A stretch of 61,797 nt of DNA, counting the filler, from Sanchytrium tribonematis (Eukaryota), in NCBI GenBank assembly GCA_018985235.1. It is 7 parts of 7 records of this genome, joined end to end, with 100 filler letters (N's around TTAATTAATTAA, not from the genome) between each part and the next. Parts side by side here need not be neighbours in the genome. Positions count along the whole stretch, not along the records: positions 53,111 to 61,797 come from JADGIG010000365.1; 6 more parts are not named here. One strand, given 5' to 3'. A program made the translations under genes and the position numbers. Each line of letters starts with the position of its first letter. The first letter of the stretch is position 1. The notes under the pieces were generated by a model. That model was not told the origin of the DNA, did no database searches, and saw only the letters and a list, made by a program, of their open reading frames with translations. This document shows, piece by piece, positions 54,645 through 61,797 of this stretch.

Positions 54645-56224
54645 TCATTCACCATTGTAAAATTCATGATATTCTTCAGGAATGTATCGCAGTACACGAC
54701 TCATGTCACGTTTCTTTCTTTCAGTCAACTCAGTTGGACCCAATGACTCGGGCACAAATAAATAGTCATTCTGACTCAAGTCATCTTCAATAATAGTGTC
54801 GAATTCTACAAACACTGGATCACTCACTAATTTTTTGCAAAATACAATACCTGGTGAATCAGCTTTAAATAAAAAGAAGTGATATTTACCAATACCTGAA
54901 ATATTTTCAAATATCAAATCAAGTTTAGATCGATAGTCTTTGAATCGATGACTAGGAAATACCTTGCACTCATTTGTAACTGAAGATGTCTCAATAATAT
55001 CCTTGACTTGATCCAAATTGTATGCATTTTCTCGCATGTATTTCTTTTTAATATGACCAAAACCACTATCTGGACTAAATTTTGTATGTCCTTTAATCAT
55101 GAATTTAAATTCAATGGTATCACATTTTCCAAGTAGACACAACCAAGATAATAATTCGATAATGGTATTGTTTTTGTTTTGACCAACACAATTGTCGGCA
55201 TGTAGAATCAAATTCATTCGTTGTTCTTTTGGTAAACAGTAAATGTAATCTAATAACAATGTAGCTACATTATTACTTGCTTTTTTACCTTGATCTTCTC
55301 TATAAATATAATTCATTTGACGACACTGTGTTTCATTATAAATTCCAAATAAATTGACATTTAATAATGACAAGAAATACATGTCGCTTGGTTGGTCGTG
55401 TAATTGAGGAATGTAGCACTTTCTGATAAATCTTGTACATTTAATTGTTCTCGAAAGACGGTACATGTGTCACAGACATCAGTCTTGCAAGATTTGATTT
55501 TAATATTACCACACAATTTGAAATATTTTCTAAATGTTTCTACATTGATATTTAATGTACTGGCGTCACGAATGTAAATACCATGTAATTTAGCAATGGT
55601 AAAATCTGCTGGCAACCACAGGATACTAGTGTCGCGTACTCGTCTTGTATGATTCGTCCTAGTGTACATTCTTCCAGGTCTTGGTTCGCCGTTCTCGATT
55701 GCAAATGTTTTTATCCAGTTTAATATACATTCTTTTTGTTCAAATGTAAATGCATGTAAGAATACCATGTCCTTGTTACCGTGTACTCGTTTGGTCCATT
55801 TCAATTCCATACTGTTGATAATATTTTGTAATTTTTGATTCGACATGGAAACAAGGTGACAAAAAGCTTTACGACACAATTTACCAAGTGGAAAGACATG
55901 ATATTCAAATACTTTACGACGACTGTGTTGCTGTTTTTGACATGAAACCAGGATTCCTTTTAATAACAATTCCTGTTCATGTTTTCCCATGGCTTGAAAC
56001 TTGTTTTTAAACACTTCAAGGTCTTGACCTGAAACATGACTTATACATCTTGCAGTGCAACATCTAATACTAGCACATTTCTGTAACCATGATTGCAAAT
56101 TAAAGGGGTTGACGGTATCGCATTCTTGGCGAGACTCTGTTTCTTGACTGTAATTGACAACCAAGTCACCGTTTAAATCAAATCGAAATAATGAATCTTG
56201 AGAATGGAATGGGTTCTGAGACAT
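54645..56224 (-). pseudogene. Sola-like DNA transposase, internally deleted or frameshifted
   Basis: LCRKAFC, DVCDTC, HADNCVGQNKN, KGHTKFSPDSGFG; frame break near 55400-55440. Confidence 0.7.
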
Positions 56225-56582
56225 GTAAAAAAAGAGATCTCGAGTTCCTTTTATAACTAAAAAGAGACTTGTTATTAGTTTGCAACCAATACATTGGAAT
56301 CAACGTGACATTTGATTCCAATAAAGCAACTTGAATGACTTGTGAATATAAACAAGATTCATTTTATTTATAGAATGACACTAAATTACATGTCATTACA
56401 TTACCAATCAAAATTTAGTTAACAATTGAGCCACACTTTTGATCAAACCAAGTAAATTGGAAATCAAATTTATAGGTTGCAACAAAGTAAACGAATCTGT
56501 GTAGTTGCTACTCCAAGAATTCAAATATCAATATGATTGGACAATCTTAATTAAAGGAGATCTCCTCTCGAAACTACTTCAA

Positions 56583-58099
56583 ATGACTTTGAATACATCC
56601 GCACCAATTCAAATAGACTATATTGAAGATGTAAAGTTAGATAAATCTGATATTCTAGGTGGAGGTGGTTATGGTACGGTTTATCTTGGGGAATGGCAAA
56701 ACCGAAAAATTGCCATCAAAGTCATTAGAGATGTGGCATTTTGTAACCCACACAGCACCCGAGTGACATCAGATGCATTAGCACTTAGCAAATCAGTGCT
56801 TCGTGAGGTAAAAGCACTTGGAACATTGACAGATTTTTCCAATATTTGCAAATATTATGGGGTGACTTGTGTTGAAGGTCAGTTGGGACTGGTGATGGAA
56901 TTTATAGACAACTGTTCACTACATGTATGGTTGCATAAACTTCCAAATGGTAAATCCCTCACAAATTTACAAAAAGATCAAATTCAAATTGGGATTGCAA
57001 ATGGTTTAAAATACATGCATTCCAACGGAATTGCACATAATGATCTTAAACCAGCCAATATCATGCTAGATAGCCAATTCAATCCCAAATTAATTGATTT
57101 TGGAATGGTCAAAATACAGAAATGGCGACTGGGCGGAGTCCATGGGCTGGCTTTGACATTGAAAGTCAAATAAAAAAAGGTACACGGCCATACACTGTAA
57201 ATCAAATAGATCCTCATTTATTTGAGATTATGGAGAAATCATGGCAGCAGCATCCAAAAAATAGAATTGATATTTCTAAAGTTTTACGCCTTTTAAAAAA
57301 CCATTACATCAACAATCATTTCAATGAATTATATGGTATTGAATTATTCAGAGCACTCAAGATTTCCATTGAATTAGTTGACACTCGAATATTTGAAGCT
57401 TTTTTCATGAGATTGATTCAATTTGTTGATATTATAGAAATAAAACAATATATAAAGACCCTATCCCATCTGGACTATCAAATGAATCAAATTGCAGCAC
57501 AAATCACCAATCCATTCACGATTGCCATCATGAAATTTTGTGAAATTGGATTTAAATGTGATACCCAAGATGTATTTAAATCATTAAACGCATGCAATGA
57601 AGATCTAGCACATGTATGTATCGGAATTTGCTATTTTCTTGGCACTGGAATTGAAATGGATGAGTCTGAAGCATTAAAATGTTTCAAAAAAGCATCTGAT
57701 GCAAATGTTGCAGCAGGGCATTTTTGCTTCGGAACTCATTACACGGAGGGATATGGATGTGAGATAGACTACAAAGAAGCATTTAAATATTATGAAATGG
57801 CAGCAGAGTCACATTATAGTACTGCGTTTCATCATATTGGCTATTTCTATAATCAAGGACTTCATGTTGCTAAAAATGATGAGAAAGCACTAGAATATTA
57901 TAAATTGGGAGCTAAATATGGATCCCGAGAAAGCTGCTATAATGTGGGACGGTATTATCATTATGGCAGAGGATGTGAGAAAAATGAAGTTGAAGCCATG
58001 AAATATTATGAGATTGCTTTAGAATTGGGAGATACAGATGCTAAAGATCAAATTGATAAGGTACAAAATGCATCAAACACTAACTGTGTCCTCCAATAA
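56583..58099 (+). pseudogene. TKL-type kinase fused to Sel1-like repeats, internally deleted
   Basis: GGGGYGTVY, HNDLKPANI, DFG, then a direct jump to EMATGRSPW in another frame (subdomains VIII-IX missing); about four Sel1 repeats. Confidence 0.85.
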
Positions 58100-58380
58100 A
58101 TACATCTTATTCTATTATTTATTTGTGGACGAGTTCGAGACATTAATAGATTCTGGGGCCCATTGGTATATGTGGACGGCAGAGAGTGTATTCATGATTG
58201 ATATGTGATGTTGGGACATGAATTTATGATAAGGGAATCCATTTCGATGCCATTAATTTTCTATTTGGACCAATCAAATACTCGTGTTTGGAAAACCTGT
58301 TTAGACCAATCAGATCTTGACATTGGTGTTTCACGTACTTTTTACCCAATCATCTTAGAGAAATAAAGGTATAAAATGTA

Positions 58381-58755
58381 ATGTCTAGCTATATTGTTAT
58401 ATTGAAAGATCTAACTGAAATGAGTTATCCTGAAAAATTCAAGGCACTTTCAGAATCTTGGAAAAATCAAAAGGAATTTCAAATAGTTGAAAAAAAAGCT
58501 TCTATTTTCCAAATGACTATCACATTGTTTTTAAAAGTTTGCCAGACAATCACAGAAGATATATACAAGGGAAAAACCTCGGTAAATACAAGAGCAGAAA
58601 ATCTAATTGCTAATGGATGTGTAAAAGGTGATAATCCAATTTCTATTCAAGAAATTGCCACTAGTTGTGAATGCACTCAAGCGCAAGTTCAATCTGTTTT
58701 ACAATGGTTATATAAGAGTGACGGAACACAATCAGAATTAAAATTATTTAAATAA
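58381..58755 (+). CDS. Small protein with an HMG-box-like N-terminus (tentative)
   Basis: MSSYIV...YPEKFKALSESWKNQ. Confidence 0.35.
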   Translation: MSSYIVILKDLTEMSYPEKFKALSESWKNQKEFQIVEKKASIFQMTITLFLKVCQTITEDIYKGKTSVNTRAENLIANGCVKGDNPISIQEIATSCECTQAQVQSVLQWLYKSDGTQSELKLFK

Positions 58756-60220
58756 ATTGTCTTGTACAGGATTTAGAGTTTATTTAGTCTCATTTTTATA
58801 TTTGATAAAGGTATTTATTTTTCAGGACCTGGTAAGTCCAAGCACATTGGTCGTACCGATCCGAAACTAGGATTTTCAGAAAGAGGCTGTTTCAGAGATT
58901 CAGAAAAGTAGTTTTTCATATTTTCGATACATTTCGACTTGTTCTACTTATTACATAGGGTGTGAAGGTCAGCAGCTGATGTAACCAACAAGGCGTTGGA
59001 TTTTAAAAGATTCTCATTTTCCTTCAAAGTAGTTTGCAATTGAAGATACAACCATTCTTCATCATTTTTACGCATACAACTTGTTTCCGCATTAAAGTTA
59101 ATTTCTAATTGTAATTTTTTAATCGTACTCTTTAATCTTCTATTTTCAAGGTCTACCGTTTGAATTCATTACTTGCTCATATTTTAATGTCTTAAGCTTA
59201 TCTTCTTTCAAAGTACCTGATTTATCAAGTTCGAGCTCATTTATTTTGCATGAAAGTCTTTCAATTTCCAATTTATGCATTTCTTTCAATTCTAAAATTT
59301 GCCTGCAATGTAAATTTTTAATTACCTCCATGTATTGATCAAATAGCCTAGTTTGATTTGTAGTAAAGTGAGGAACTGAGTTTACATCATTAATTGATAC
59401 CATTTCTTTTAGGTGGAGAACTCGTTTTTATATCTTTTGGGACACCAAATATAATAAATGGAGTAACTCTTGAAATGTCGTTTTGAAATAAATCGATTTA
59501 AAAGTTTTTATATTAAATCAAGTATAAAAACTAGATTTTCATGAAAAACACTGAATTTATTTCAACTACAAACACTGAGAGCCAGTTTGTGTATTATACA
59601 ATGCACGAATCACACCTTTAACATCTTCTCTAGACAATTTGATTTTTAATCCATCGATTTCAGTATCAGTGATGAACAAACGTTTTACTTTATCTGCATC
59701 GTTGGGGGTTCCAATGAATGTGGCAACCTTGAACCATGCACTACAAAACTGAGATGGTGTAATACCAATGGCTTGACTAGAAGATCTAATATGTTGAATT
59801 ACTTCGGCCAACAAGTCCTCGTTTTCAAAAAACTTGGTGTAGATTTCTGCTTTTTCAATATACGATTTAACCATGATATCGTAGTCTTTTACAAGTATTC
59901 TCATTCTTGGTTTAAATAGTTTATTTCTTTAACATGTGACTCGGTTATTTGCCATAAATGACTTGAACTATGCCATTTTAATGAATGGCTATGGTATCAT
60001 GTCACGTCACTCGGTATCTCTATTGGAATACCAGGTGTCATGACTTGATCCTGATTGGTTTTTTGAAATCAATGTATGGAATCCAAATGGCAACACAGTG
60101 CCGCAAAAGTCATTAAAATTACGCCAAACTTGACACTTGTAATTTGATTGGCTTCATCAATATTGTAATTGGCAAAACAATGCCCTGGGCTAAAAGAAAG
60201 AAACTATAAATAGTAGCATT

Positions 60221-60807
60221 GAGCGAGTCTAAAAACCTCAAAATTTACATTTTGCATTTTTGAAAAATGCGATATTTTAGAGCTACAAGGCTAATAAATA
60301 CACTACATTTTACATTTCCATCCCCTAATTGACTAAAATTGTCCCTTGTAATGCCTTTATCGCGTCGAGCCAAATTAATAGCTGTTGCAATTCTATTGAA
60401 GAGAAGAACTAATCTGTTATATCCGTATTATTTATTACTATATTTATATTATTTGGTGCCCAATTCTTTCTTTTGTCCTTTGTTTTTGAGTTTTAAGAGG
60501 AATCAGTTGGAGTGCGTGTTGAATTTGGCACATTTTCCTTCATTCTGAAAGAAAATTTGAACTGGTTCAGATGCCGGGATTGGAAATAAAATTGTTATCC
60601 GATTGGGATGTCATGAAAAACTTTTATTAAACTTCAAAGATCATCATTTTAGTCAACTCCCTCTCTCTATTTGTTTTACATTTTGTTTCACAGTTTGAAT
60701 AAGAATCGATCAAAATGTGCTCAAAATGTGGTCAAAATGTACAAATATTGAGGAGAAAATGTAAAACACAACATTTTGCGAAAATGTAAAAGTTTTTAGA
60801 CTCACTC
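60221..60807. mobile_element. MITE-like element with GAG...CTC termini (Sola-like)
   Basis: 16-bp TIR GAGYGAGTCTAAAAAC at 60221-60236 and 60792-60807; internal AAAATGT/ACATTTT repeats; flanks CATT and CATA. Confidence 0.6.
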
Positions 60808-60810
60808 CAT

Positions 60811-61254
60811 ATGGAATATGATACAGAAGAGTATTGGATGAGTTCAAGTTATCAGACTCGCTTTGAATTCTATGTTACAATGGCATGTAGTGAAGAAGGT
60901 TTAATTCAAAGATATCAAAATGAAATTTATCCAAAGTTACAATTAGCGTTAAATAGAATCAATAATAACTTGGAAAATGATGCAGATGAAAATGTCCAAG
61001 TTTACGAATTGACTTTCCAGCAGTTTTGTAGACTTTCAAAAGAAATTATCAAGACATTGTCTCCAAACGAGGGTGATAATTTAAACCAGAGAGCAAAAAA
61101 ATTTAGAGCAAATGGTACAACAAAATTTGGAAATGTGACAGTGACAAGAGAATCTATTGCAACTGCGTATGATAAACAATGGTGTACTGTAAGAGTCGTT
61201 GAATTGGTTTGTAATGAAATTTTTTCAGAGAGAGGTACAAAAGTATTTGATTAA
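60811..61254 (+). CDS. Hypothetical protein, 5' end abutting the MITE
   Basis: 147-aa ORF, AATAAA after the stop. Confidence 0.4.
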   Translation: MEYDTEEYWMSSSYQTRFEFYVTMACSEEGLIQRYQNEIYPKLQLALNRINNNLENDADENVQVYELTFQQFCRLSKEIIKTLSPNEGDNLNQRAKKFRANGTTKFGNVTVTRESIATAYDKQWCTVRVVELVCNEIFSERGTKVFD

Positions 61255-61797
61255 TAAAATAGTTGAATAAAAAAATGGAATCATTTCCCAATTAAATTTC
61301 AATGAAAAGATTTACTAAACAACACTATTGTCCAATAATCAATCTTTGCACTTAACTTGGAGGTTTATCGCAAACAACATCATGGCCAGGGGGACACGAA
61401 ACATATTCATTGCATTTTCCACATCTGGAAGCCTTTCTCAATAATGCAAAAATGGCTGTATTAAATTGTGCTGTTTCATCTTCTCAATCTCAATGTGCAA
61501 ATTGCCTAATCAGTTTCAAAAAATATGATGAAACGGGGATCAATATATTTCAATATAATTTATTACGCATGATTGTTGCATGATTCCAAAAGTTGTAAAA
61601 TATCTTTAGCACTACAGTCTTCATTTCTAAAATATTTCGTTTCACAGAGGAAAAAACTATCTACCTGTTTCAATAAGAAAATTCAAAGTTTAAACTATAA
61701 ATTCCATGAGTTGCGGACATTTGGGTGCTTTAAAAATGGTCTTCCATTGCAAATAGTAGAAATTCTTTACACATCTCATATAACAAATATCCTGGAT

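Noticed and set aside
55419..55438. 20-nt GT...AG that would join the two Sola-like ORFs
   Set aside because: Lacks the T12/A14/TAG consensus, and a conserved segment still appears to be missing; a deletion is more likely
58381..61254. Orphan small ORFs as an endogenous virus
   Set aside because: No capsid, packaging ATPase or polymerase motif seen

Overview
AT-rich eukaryotic DNA made of seven ~8.7-8.8 kb contigs in decreasing size order, joined by artificial 100-bp spacers (44 N + TTAATTAATTAA + 44 N). Adjacency across spacers is therefore meaningless. Gene content (PacC/Rim101-type zinc fingers, Mei2-like RRM, SDH2, peroxisomal malate synthase, Chibby) points to a very compact, probably zoosporic early-diverging fungus or close relative (inference). 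Contig 1 (1-8796) is a transposon nest: Harbinger, Tc1 DD34E, a LINE-like RNase H and a Helitron. Contigs 3-5 (17787-44205) are dense housekeeping blocks, contigs 2 and 6 are rich in secreted or lineage-specific genes, and contig 7 is mostly decayed elements. Main discovery: every intron I could anchor by protein homology (6 of 6, on three contigs, one inside a transposase) is exactly 19 nt, GTA...TAG, with an invariant T-N-A-Y and the A fixed 6 nt from the 3' end. This suggests a fixed-length ultra-short intron splicing system. Also notable: microsporidia-like CCCC/GGGG motifs just upstream of start codons, Nup98 and Nup96 split into separate genes at the autocleavage site, a membrane protein carrying a GLEBS motif, and very short signal peptides. 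Family calls come from motif recognition, not database searches.
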